40,000 nt of DNA from positions 17,221 through 57,220 of the forward strand of contig NZ_AOMB01000006.1 in assembly GCF_000336675.1 (NCBI RefSeq). Reading direction: 5' to 3'. Under the pieces are notes generated by a model that saw only the letters and a list, made by a program, of their open reading frames with translations, was not told where the DNA came from and did not search any database. Both the position numbers and the translations under genes were made by a program. Positions 9,187 to 16,965 of this stretch are shown here, piece by piece. The DNA is from Halococcus hamelinensis 100A6 (GTDB taxonomy: Archaea; Halobacteriota; Halobacteria; Halobacteriales; Halococcaceae). Each line of letters opens with the position of its first letter. The stretch's first letter is position 1.

Positions 9187-9472
9187 CGATCAACGTCTGT
9201 TGACGGTCTCGGCTGCTGCTGATATGTGCGTTGCGAATAACCACGGCCCGACAGGCCGTCCGCATCGGTTTTTGGCATCGGTTACCATTGATTACCAAGG
9301 CCTGTATTTAACACAGGGGTTATTAACACCCTGCCGGTACAAGCCGATGTGCTATTCGCCTACTATTCCGATACACCGTACGTCTCTCTCGATGCTGCGG
9401 TGACCGACACGTCAAGGGAGGGTGCTAGAAACCAATGTTTACAAATACTCGATTGATGGACGGGGGTATGCA

Positions 9473-10639
9473 ATGACTGGCGATCGAGGGTCGGCCTCGA
9501 CGCGACGGAACGTCCTCCGTGCCGGGGCACTCGCGGGGGTTGGAGCACTTTCGGGATGTATCGGAGCCGGAGCGACGACCGGGCGAGAGCTGACGATCGG
9601 CTATCAACCGTACTACGCGGAGGCGTGGTCCGCCGTGGTGATAAAGAACGCCGGGCTGGCCGAGGAGTTCCTCCCCTCGGGCTACTCGGTCAAGAACTGG
9701 GACTCCGCGCTGCAGGGGTCGATCGTCGGGACGCGAATGATATCGGGGAAGAACCAGGTCGGCTACACGGGCGATATGCCGACGATCACGGCGATCGCGA
9801 ACGACAGCACCCCGATCAGCGTCGTCGGTCTCGCGGGCTACTCGGAGGGCCAGCAGTGCAGCCTCGCGGTGCGACCCACCGGTTCGGGGGTGACGAACGT
9901 CCAGCAGATGGACGGGCGCGACGCCGCAGTCACGACCGGGAGCTGTACGCATCGGTTCTACCTCAACGTCGTCGAACAGACCGGCGTCCAGCCGAACCTC
10001 GTCGACAACTCGATCGGGAACATCCTGGCCGAGATCCGCCAGGGCTCGCTGCCGGTCGGCTTCGGCTGGGAACCGAACATGGCCCGAACGGTCTACCAGG
10101 AGGACGCCGCCGAGTACTTCATCAGCGGTTCGGAGTTCGATACCGGCGACGCGGCGGGGATCATCATGCCGGATTCGTTGATCGAGAACGACCGAGAGGC
10201 CGCGATCGGCTGGCTCAAGGCCGAGCTCAGGGCCAAGGAGATCATGGCCAACGACCACGAGCGCACGCTCGACCTCGTCGCCGAGGAGGGCGACCTCGCG
10301 ACCTACGACCGGGACGTCCTGCGCTCGTGTCTCTACGAGAGCCTCCGGCTCGACCCCTCGACCAATCGGCTCGAACTCATCACGGACTACGCGGCCGTCC
10401 CACAGGCCAACCGGTTGATGACCCAGCAGGGCCCGCGATTCCTCCAGGAACAGGGCGCTATCTCCGCGCTGCCGGCCGATTCGAGATACAAGCCCGGACT
10501 CACGAAGACGGCGGCCGACGAACTCGGCGTCGGGACCGGACTCGACCGCTTCGGCGGGTCGAACGGATCGAGTGGGTCGAACGGGTCGAATTCGAGCGCG
10601 GCAGGGGCGAACGCGAGCACGTCCGGGGACGGACGATGA
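9473..10639 (+). CDS. ABC transporter substrate-binding lipoprotein, NitT/TauT (NMT1/THI5-like) family, Tat-exported
   Basis: ATG at 9473 (MTGDRGSASTRRNVLRAGALAGVGALSGCIGAG) gives a twin-arginine motif plus a lipobox Cys. The body resembles nitrate/sulfonate/taurine/HMP-type binding proteins. The C-terminal tail GGSNGSSGSNGSNSSAAGANASTSGDGR is low-complexity and holds five N-X-S/T sequons. The stop overlaps the next ATG (ATGA at 10636-10639). Confidence 0.8.
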   Translation: MTGDRGSASTRRNVLRAGALAGVGALSGCIGAGATTGRELTIGYQPYYAEAWSAVVIKNAGLAEEFLPSGYSVKNWDSALQGSIVGTRMISGKNQVGYTGDMPTITAIANDSTPISVVGLAGYSEGQQCSLAVRPTGSGVTNVQQMDGRDAAVTTGSCTHRFYLNVVEQTGVQPNLVDNSIGNILAEIRQGSLPVGFGWEPNMARTVYQEDAAEYFISGSEFDTGDAAGIIMPDSLIENDREAAIGWLKAELRAKEIMANDHERTLDLVAEEGDLATYDRDVLRSCLYESLRLDPSTNRLELITDYAAVPQANRLMTQQGPRFLQEQGAISALPADSRYKPGLTKTAADELGVGTGLDRFGGSNGSSGSNGSNSSAAGANASTSGDGR

Positions 10640-11484
10640 GCACGCAGTCGTTCTCCGAGCGGTTGCTCGGCGACCGGGCGGGCCTCGGCGTTCCGCGTCG
10701 AGTCGTCCAGCTCGGGTCGGTGCTCGGGTTCCTCGTCGTCTGGTGGGCGCTCGTCCGGTTCGGCGTCCTCGGCTTCGAGTACCTGGCCGGCCCGGTCGAG
10801 ACGGGGACGAACATGCTCGCCTATCTCGCCGGCGAACCGATGGCGAGCGGCGGGACCATCTATCTGCACGCGGCGTACTCGACCTTTCGCGTCGTGTTCG
10901 GTGTCGGCATCGCGGCGTTGCTGGCCGTCCCGCTCGGGCTCGCGATCGGGACGAGCCAGCGGTTCGAGGACTACACGTTTCCGGCGCTCGAGATCCTCCG
11001 ACCGATCCCGCCGGTCGCCTGGGTCCCGATCAGCGTCCTCCTGTTGCCGGCGCTCGACCTCCTCGGCGTCGAGGTCAGCCTCGCCGTGCTGTTCGTGGTT
11101 TTCATCGGGGCCTTCTTCCCGATCCTCATCAACACGGTCGAGGGCGTTCGCACGATCGAAGAGGAGTACACGCGAGCCGCCCACAGTCTCGGTGCGGAGG
11201 GCCTCCAGGTCTTCCGGTACGTCGTCTTCCCGGCGACGCTCCCGTCGATCCTCACCGGGATATCGATCAGCATCGGGCTCGGCTGGATCACGGTCGTCGC
11301 CGCCGAGATCATCGCCGGCAACTACGGCCTCGGGTACACGATCTTCCAGGCCTACCGCCTCCTCCAGACCGACGTCGTGCTCGTCGGGATGGTCGTGATC
11401 GGCGTGCTCGGCTACGCCTCCTCGGCGCTGGTGAATCGCTACGCCGCACGGCGGATGCCCTGGAGCGAGCGTGAGAGCCGATGA
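10636..11484 (+). CDS. ABC transporter permease (NitT/TauT family, BPD_transp_1)
   Basis: MSTQSFSERLL... is read in the frame of tracked ORF 9556..11484. It is multi-TM and carries the EAA-loop-like block EEEYTRAAHSLGAEGLQVFRYVVFPATLPSILTG. The start is coupled to the SBP stop. Confidence 0.88.
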   Translation: MSTQSFSERLLGDRAGLGVPRRVVQLGSVLGFLVVWWALVRFGVLGFEYLAGPVETGTNMLAYLAGEPMASGGTIYLHAAYSTFRVVFGVGIAALLAVPLGLAIGTSQRFEDYTFPALEILRPIPPVAWVPISVLLLPALDLLGVEVSLAVLFVVFIGAFFPILINTVEGVRTIEEEYTRAAHSLGAEGLQVFRYVVFPATLPSILTGISISIGLGWITVVAAEIIAGNYGLGYTIFQAYRLLQTDVVLVGMVVIGVLGYASSALVNRYAARRMPWSERESR

Positions 11485-11590
11485 CGACGAGGGGAATGCA
11501 CCACGACCGCGTCGCCGTCCCGCCGGCCGCCGGTCACACGACCGTATCGACCATCGAACGAACCACCCAACCGCGAGCGACCAACGACCA

Positions 11591-12466
11591 ATGAGCAACA
11601 CCGACCAGAACACGACCGAGGCTGTGAGCAGTACCGAATCGAACACCGCGGCAGCGAGAAACGGGACGCAGAAGGCCGAAACGGGGGCGATCGAGATCGA
11701 CGACGTCGCGAAGGTCTACGACCCCGACGGCGACCACGTCGTCGCCGTCGAGGACATGAACCTCGACATCGAGGCCAACGAGTTCATCACGATCCTCGGC
11801 CCCTCCGGGTGTGGCAAGAGCACGGTGATGGAGTGCGTCGCGGGCTATCTCGAACCGACCGAGGGCGAGGTCCGCGTCGACGGTACCCGCGTGAACGGTC
11901 CCGACCCCTCCCGGGGGGTCGTCTTCCAGGCCAACCGCCTCTTCCCGTGGTTGACGATCGCCGAGAACGTCCGGTTCGGCCCACGGATGCGGAGCGAGGT
12001 CGACAACGAGCGCGTGAACGGCCTGATCAAGCAGATGGGGCTGGACGGCTTCGAGGACTCCTATCCCCACGAACTCTCGGGCGGGATGCAACAGCGCGCC
12101 GAGCTCGCCCGGCTGTTCGCGAACGACCCGGACATCATGCTGATGGACGAGCCGTTCAGCGGACTCGACGCGATGACCAAGGAGCTGATGCAGGAGGCGC
12201 TGCTCGAGGTCTGGGAGAACGAGAGCCGAACGGTGATCTTCATCACCCACGACGTCGAGGAAGCGATCTTCCTCGCCGACCGGGTCGTCGTGATGAGCGC
12301 CCGGCCGGGTCGAGCCAAGGACGTCCTCGACGTCGATCTCGAACGACCCCGGAGCCTCGATATGATCACGACCGACGAGTTCACCCGCGTCAAACGCCGT
12401 GCGCTCGACCTCATCCACGAGGAAGCCGAACGCGCGATGGAACAGGCCGCGGGACGGGTCGATTGA
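11591..12466 (+). CDS. ABC transporter ATP-binding protein (NitT/TauT family)
   Basis: ATG at 11591 (MSNTDQNTTEA...). It has Walker A GPSGCGKST, signature LSGGMQQR and Walker B IMLMDEPFSGLD. VFQANRLFPWLTIAENV is typical of SsuB/TauB/ThiZ-like ATPases. Confidence 0.92.
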   Translation: MSNTDQNTTEAVSSTESNTAAARNGTQKAETGAIEIDDVAKVYDPDGDHVVAVEDMNLDIEANEFITILGPSGCGKSTVMECVAGYLEPTEGEVRVDGTRVNGPDPSRGVVFQANRLFPWLTIAENVRFGPRMRSEVDNERVNGLIKQMGLDGFEDSYPHELSGGMQQRAELARLFANDPDIMLMDEPFSGLDAMTKELMQEALLEVWENESRTVIFITHDVEEAIFLADRVVVMSARPGRAKDVLDVDLERPRSLDMITTDEFTRVKRRALDLIHEEAERAMEQAAGRVD

Positions 12467-13308
12467 TGGCGACCGTCGAGAACGAACGTGGCTCCGGGTC
12501 GGGGTCCGGTTCGGGGACCGGTGGTTCGGTCACCGTTCCGCGACCGGTCCGTCGTGTCACCTCGGTGCTCGCCCTGCTCGTGCTCTGGGCGCTCGCGACC
12601 AACCTCGGGTTGCTCAGCGAACTGCCCTCGCCGTTCGCCGTCGGGACGACGTTCCTCGACCAGTTCGCCGAGGTGTCGTTCTGGAGCGCCGCGGCCGTGA
12701 GCACGGCTCGAATCTACGTTTCGTTCGTCCTCGCGCTCGTCCTCGCCGTCCCGATCGGGTTGCTGATCGGGTGGAATCAGACGTTCTCGGACGCGGTCTA
12801 TCCGGCCCTCGAGATGCTTCGCCCGGTCCCGCCGGTCGCCTGGATCCCGGTCGTCGCGCTCGTGTTCCCGATCGTCTCGGTCGGTGCGGGCGCGCTCGAC
12901 TACCCGGTCGATACGGGCATCCTCTTCATCACCTTCCTCGGGGCCTTCTTCCCGATCCTGCTCAACGCGATCAGCGGGGTCAAACAGATCGACGAGGAGT
13001 TCCCCCGGGCGGCCCGGTCGCTCGGGACGTCGCCGTTCCAGACGTTCCGATACGTGGTCTACCCCGGCGCGTTGCCGTCGATCCACGCCGGAATGGTGAG
13101 CGGGATGGGGCTCGCGTGGGTCAACCTCGTCGCCGCGGAGATGATCGCCGGAAGCGGGCTCGGCTATCTCACCTGGTCGTCGTACATCGCCGGCGACTAC
13201 GCGAGCATCGTCGTTGGCATGCTCTCGATCGGCCTGCTGGGATACTGCTCCTCGCTCATCGTTCGCCGGATCGGTACGCGTCTGCTCCCGTGGAGCAGCA
13301 CGGAGTGA
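12466..13308 (+). CDS. Second ABC transporter permease (NitT/TauT family)
   Basis: ATG at 12466 overlaps the ATPase TGA by 1 nt (TGATG). It starts MATVENERGSGSGSGSGTGGS... and is a paralog of 10636..11484, sharing LRP(I/V)PPVAW(V/I)P and (E)E(E/F)..AA.SLG....F.YVV.P.ALPSI. Confidence 0.88.
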   Translation: MATVENERGSGSGSGSGTGGSVTVPRPVRRVTSVLALLVLWALATNLGLLSELPSPFAVGTTFLDQFAEVSFWSAAAVSTARIYVSFVLALVLAVPIGLLIGWNQTFSDAVYPALEMLRPVPPVAWIPVVALVFPIVSVGAGALDYPVDTGILFITFLGAFFPILLNAISGVKQIDEEFPRAARSLGTSPFQTFRYVVYPGALPSIHAGMVSGMGLAWVNLVAAEMIAGSGLGYLTWSSYIAGDYASIVVGMLSIGLLGYCSSLIVRRIGTRLLPWSSTE

Positions 13309-13548
13309 GCGGCCAGTACCGGCGAGGAGAACGTCGGTGCGGCCGTCGACACCGGGACGATCGAATCGGCCGTCGACGAATATCGGTTGGGGACTGCCGT
13401 GGACGTCGGCGATGTGCGGTCCCAAGCGGAAGAGACGGCCGACGACCTAGGTGAAGATTCGGACGCGGACACGACTCAACGACCTCTTCTCGACAGAGTT
13501 CACAGGGGAGCACCGAACCGATGTCAGAAGACGAACGGCGGACAGTTC

Positions 13549-14361
13549 CTACGCTCCGAACCCACCCACCGCGAGGAATCGTTCGTACTCCGGTTCGGTG
13601 AGGCCCGTCTGCCCGAGGTCCCTCCCGTGGGCGTCGCTCCCACCGGTGACGAGGAGGTCGTGGCGCTCGACCGTTCGTCGGTCGCGACCGGAATCGTGGG
13701 CTGGGTTGGACGGGGAGTAGGGGTAGCGACACTCCACCGCGTCCAGTCGGGCAGCCAACTCGAAGACGTCGTCGAGCGCGCCGTACCGATACGGATGTGC
13801 GAGGCTGACGACGTTACACGCCTCCGAGAGCAGTGAAACGCCCCGCTCGAACGAGGGGATCTCGCGCGGGACGTTACAGGGACCGTCGTCGCCGATGAGT
13901 TCGTCGAAGGCGTCCTGATAGGTGTGATCGGTCCCGGGGTGTGCATCGACCGCGCGGGCGATGTGTGGACGACCGATGCCCTCCTCGACCTCGACGTCCA
14001 GCGTGATGTCCAGCTCGCGCTCGACCAGTTCGATGATGCGTGCGCCACGGGTCTTCCGGTCCATCTGAAGGCGGTCGAGCTCGGTACGGAGTGCGGGTGA
14101 CCCCGTCACGCCGTACCCGAGCAGGTCGATCCCGTCGGGAAGCGAATCGACCTCGACGCGGAGTTCGATCCCGTGGATGACGTCGATGCCGTCGACCCGC
14201 ACGAGCGGTGCGTCCAGATCAGGGTGGGTCCTGTCGTGGTCGGTGACGGCGACGGCGGCGAGGCCGGCTTCGGTCGCCGCGGCCGGAACCTCGTCGAGGG
14301 CGAGTTCGCCGTCGGAGTTCGTCGTATGGACGTGCAGATCCGCGTAGACCGGCTCTTTCAT
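13549..14361 (-). CDS. PHP-domain metal-dependent phosphoesterase (COG0613 / TrpH-YciV type); candidate 3',5'-bisphosphate nucleotidase
   Basis: ATG at 14359-14361 (MKEPVYADLHVHTTNSDGELALDEV...AVAVTDHD...GIELR...LAHPYRY...GGSDAHG). The DLHVHTxxSDG, TDHD, GxE, AHP and GSDAHG blocks are the PHP metal ligands. It is transcribed divergently from the sulfotransferase operon. Confidence 0.85.
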   Translation of the reverse strand: MKEPVYADLHVHTTNSDGELALDEVPAAATEAGLAAVAVTDHDRTHPDLDAPLVRVDGIDVIHGIELRVEVDSLPDGIDLLGYGVTGSPALRTELDRLQMDRKTRGARIIELVERELDITLDVEVEEGIGRPHIARAVDAHPGTDHTYQDAFDELIGDDGPCNVPREIPSFERGVSLLSEACNVVSLAHPYRYGALDDVFELAARLDAVECRYPYSPSNPAHDSGRDRRTVERHDLLVTGGSDAHGRDLGQTGLTEPEYERFLAVGGFGA

Positions 14362-14675
14362 TTCGGTCACCGACCGTCCATCGGACCTCCAACCCATTAA
14401 CGGAGCGGATGCTCGGCGCTCGCCCGTATGATCCGCCGACAGCGGCGCGGGAGCGGTGCCTGCAGGCGAAGGCAGCACTCACTTGCTAACTCATCGCAAT
14501 CGTACGGTCGTTCGTCCATTTCGATCGACAACGACTGGCCCGACGCGGGAACCCCTCAGTCACTGTCGGTGTGACGACCGACGATTCTCATGATGACACA
14601 CAGAGCACGCCCGACGAAACCGAGTCAGCAGCCCCGACGACGCGTCGATCCGATGACGACACCGAACGGTGATGG

Positions 14676-15899
14676 GTGGTGAGCAGCGAAGGATCGAGTC
14701 GTCTCCGGGAACGGGCCAGACGGAACTACGGGTACATCGAGCGCGAGGTTATCTCGGAGGGGAAACGCTCGGTCCTCTCGAACCATCGGATCGACGACTT
14801 CGACAGCGTGTTGCTCATCGCGTCCGCCCCGCGGGGCGGCAGCAGTCTCCTCTTCGACGTTCTCCGGCACCACGAGCGGACGTGTAGCCTCGACGGCGAA
14901 CACGACCGATGGTTCATGCTCCACGACCTCTGTTACCCCACGTTCGAGTCGGACGTCATCCCGGCGGACTTCGATTCGTTCGACGGGGAGACCCTCGGAA
15001 GGGACCTCCTCGCCGAGGTCGGGGCGACCGAACGCGCCGGCGAGCACACACATCGCGTGGACAACACGCTCGTCCGACTCCCGTTGCAGTTCCCCGACCG
15101 GGAGCTCCCCTACGAGTGGATACGCGACCGGCTGCTCGACGGCGTACCGCTCGACGAGGTCCTTCGGGAACTCGACATCTCGCCGCTGCAGTACGACGAG
15201 TACGCGACGCGGGACGCCCCTCATCCGCTCGGAAACGAGACGATCGAGGACCGGCCGTTCGTCTCCTCGCACGACCACAAGCGGGCCCTCAGGGAGGACG
15301 ACTTCGAGCGCACGCTCGTCCTGAAGGCGAGCGGCGACGCGTACCGACTCCCGTGGATCCGAAACCAGCTCCTGCCCGAGACCGACGTCACCCTCGTTCA
15401 CCTCACGCGGAACCCGGCGGCGTCGATCAACGGCCTCTACGACGGGTGGCGACTGAACAGGGGTTTCCAGACGTACGACGTGGGCGACCTCGACCTCGAG
15501 GGCTACGACGGCTCGCTGTGGTGCTACGACCTCCCGCCGGGCTGGACCACGGAGGGAGACCTCATCGACGTCTGCCTGCTGCAGTGGCTCCAGGCCCACC
15601 GCCACATCCTCGACGCCCGCGACGCGTTCGACGACGTCCTCCGGGTCCGCTTCGAGGACGTGCTCACCGACACCCCGTCCGTCGTTCAGGAGGTCCTCGA
15701 GTTCGCCGGGCTCGGCGAGTCGGCGCTGCTCTCCGAGAACGTCGACGACCCCAACGAGGTCATGACGACGAAGGAGCCGAGGCGCGCTCGCTGGCGGGAC
15801 AGGGAGGACCTCATCCAGGGGACGCTCGACCGGGCCGACGGGACGTACTCCGAGGTCGTCGAACGACTGGGCTACACGGCGGAGTCCGAATGGATATGA
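14676..15899 (+). CDS. PAPS-dependent sulfotransferase family protein (acceptor unknown)
   Basis: 407 aa, with the start provisionally at GTG 14676 (no in-frame ATG nearby). LLIASAPRGGSSLLFDVL matches the 5'-phosphosulfate-binding loop (P-x-x-G-S/T-S/T). LVHLTRNPAASINGLYDGW matches the 3'-phosphate-binding R-x-P-x(5)-S motif. Confidence 0.8.
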   Translation: MVSSEGSSRLRERARRNYGYIEREVISEGKRSVLSNHRIDDFDSVLLIASAPRGGSSLLFDVLRHHERTCSLDGEHDRWFMLHDLCYPTFESDVIPADFDSFDGETLGRDLLAEVGATERAGEHTHRVDNTLVRLPLQFPDRELPYEWIRDRLLDGVPLDEVLRELDISPLQYDEYATRDAPHPLGNETIEDRPFVSSHDHKRALREDDFERTLVLKASGDAYRLPWIRNQLLPETDVTLVHLTRNPAASINGLYDGWRLNRGFQTYDVGDLDLEGYDGSLWCYDLPPGWTTEGDLIDVCLLQWLQAHRHILDARDAFDDVLRVRFEDVLTDTPSVVQEVLEFAGLGESALLSENVDDPNEVMTTKEPRRARWRDREDLIQGTLDRADGTYSEVVERLGYTAESEWI

Positions 15900-16078
15900 G
15901 CGAGCGAACGACGACCACGAGGGTCACACCCACGACGGACGAGCCAGCCCGGACGACCCGGGACGCATCGACTGTCGAGCCGGCGCCGACGGAGGCGTAC
16001 ACGCACGAACCCCCCGTCAGTGAGCTTGGGGGAGGAGTGGGAGGAACTCTCCTCCCCACGGGAGGGGGAGATCCGTGA
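15890..16078 (+). CDS. 62-aa Thr/Pro/Glu-rich micro-protein, translationally coupled at both ends (hypothetical)
   Basis: MDMSERTTTTRVTPTTDEPARTTRDASTVEPAPTEAYTHEPPVSELGGGVGGTLLPTGGGDP. The ATG at 15890 (and 15896) overlaps the sulfotransferase stop (ATGGATATGA). Its TGA (16076-16078) overlaps the next ATG (16078). By hand count 45 of 62 codons end in G/C, 36 of the first 43. The ORF exactly fills an otherwise unexplained 178-nt gap in an operon whose other junctions overlap. Confidence 0.45.
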   Translation: MDMSERTTTTRVTPTTDEPARTTRDASTVEPAPTEAYTHEPPVSELGGGVGGTLLPTGGGDP

Positions 16079-16965
16079 TGGGTGACACCCTGTGGCTCTT
16101 CGGGCTGCCCTGTTCCGGGAAGACGACGCTCGCCGAGGGGTTGGTCGGTCCGAGCACGGTCCATCTCGACGGGGACTACCTCCGGAACACCCTGAGTTCC
16201 GACCTCGGGTTCTCGAAGGCGGACCGGACCGAGAACCTGAGGCGGGCCGCCGGGGTCGCCCAGGCGTTGAACGAGCAGGGGTTCGACGTCGTCGCGTCGT
16301 TCATCACCCCCTATCGGTCCCAGCGGGAACTGGTCGCCGAGGTGGTCGAGAACGTCTCGTTCGTGTTCGTCGACACGCCGCTCGAAGTCTGTGAGGAGCG
16401 TGACGTGAAGGGGATGTACGAGCGAGCCCGTCGGGGCGAGATAGAGGGCTTCACCGGTATCGACGCGCCGTTCGAGGGGCTGGCGAGCGACGAGGCCGGG
16501 CTCGAAGTCCGAACGGCGACGAACTCGAAGGAGCGGATCATCGCGGAGATCAACGAGACGCTGGACCGCAAGCTCGATCCGAGCCACGTCTTCATCGGTC
16601 GTTGGCAGCCGCTCCACGACGGCCACCGGACGATCATCGACTCGGCCGCCGACAACGGGAAGGACGTCGTCATCGCGATCCGTGACACCGAACTCAGCGA
16701 GAAGAACCCGCTCACCGCACAGGAGCGCCGGGACCTGATCGAGACGGTCTACGAGGACCACCCGAACGTCGAGACCATGATCGTCCCGGACATCGACACC
16801 GTCGCCATCGGACGGGACGTCGGCTACTCCGTCGTCGCGGTTCCCGAGGACATCTCCGGGATAAGCGGCACGGAGACCAGGGAGAAGTACGGGAAGAGCG
16901 AACTCCTCGAAGGGCGACACTTCAGGGAGCGATCGGTCGATACGCGGCTTCCCGACCATGAATAG
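16078..16965 (+). CDS. cysC: Fusion protein: N-terminal adenylyl-sulfate (APS) kinase plus C-terminal NMNAT/cytidylyltransferase-like nucleotidyltransferase domain
   Basis: The N-terminal ~165 aa carry LFGLPCSGKTTLA (P-loop), LDGDYLR, DLGFSKADRTENLRR, SFITPY, VDTPLEVCEERDVKGMYERARRGEIEGFTGIDAPFE, collinear with CysC. The C-terminal ~125 aa carry VFIGRWQPLHDGH (the GRFQPxHxGH motif of archaeal NMN adenylyltransferases), KNPLTAQERRDLI and ISGTETRE (ISxTxxR motif). A GTG at 16075 is an alternative start. Confidence 0.85.
   Translation: MGDTLWLFGLPCSGKTTLAEGLVGPSTVHLDGDYLRNTLSSDLGFSKADRTENLRRAAGVAQALNEQGFDVVASFITPYRSQRELVAEVVENVSFVFVDTPLEVCEERDVKGMYERARRGEIEGFTGIDAPFEGLASDEAGLEVRTATNSKERIIAEINETLDRKLDPSHVFIGRWQPLHDGHRTIIDSAADNGKDVVIAIRDTELSEKNPLTAQERRDLIETVYEDHPNVETMIVPDIDTVAIGRDVGYSVVAVPEDISGISGTETREKYGKSELLEGRHFRERSVDTRLPDHE

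Noticed and set aside
12484-12525. The GS-repeat coding stretch (GGCTCCGGGTCGGGGTCCGGTTCGGGGACCGGTGGTTCG) at the start of the second permease, and the SGN-rich stretch at 10555-10630, considered as a microsatellite or phase-variation tract.
   Set aside because: The codons are heterogeneous rather than a perfect nucleotide repeat, so slipped-strand variation is unlikely. They are treated as low-complexity protein linkers.
14455-14482. The GCCTGCAGGC 10-bp palindrome, the nearby GTGCCTGC/GGCAGCAC words and GTCAC-N7-GTGAC (~14559-14575) in the PHP/sulfotransferase divergent region, considered as operator sites.
   Set aside because: They are short, unique within the window and GC-rich, so chance occurrence is plausible. 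This is not enough evidence to call a regulatory site.
14590-14682. 30-codon upstream ORF (MMTHRARPTKPSQQPRRRVDPMTTPNGDGW) overlapping the sulfotransferase GTG start.
   Set aside because: The peptide is basic, only about two thirds of its codons end in G/C, and it has no recognisable features. It is probably non-coding leader sequence, although it shows that the sulfotransferase start is not firmly placed.
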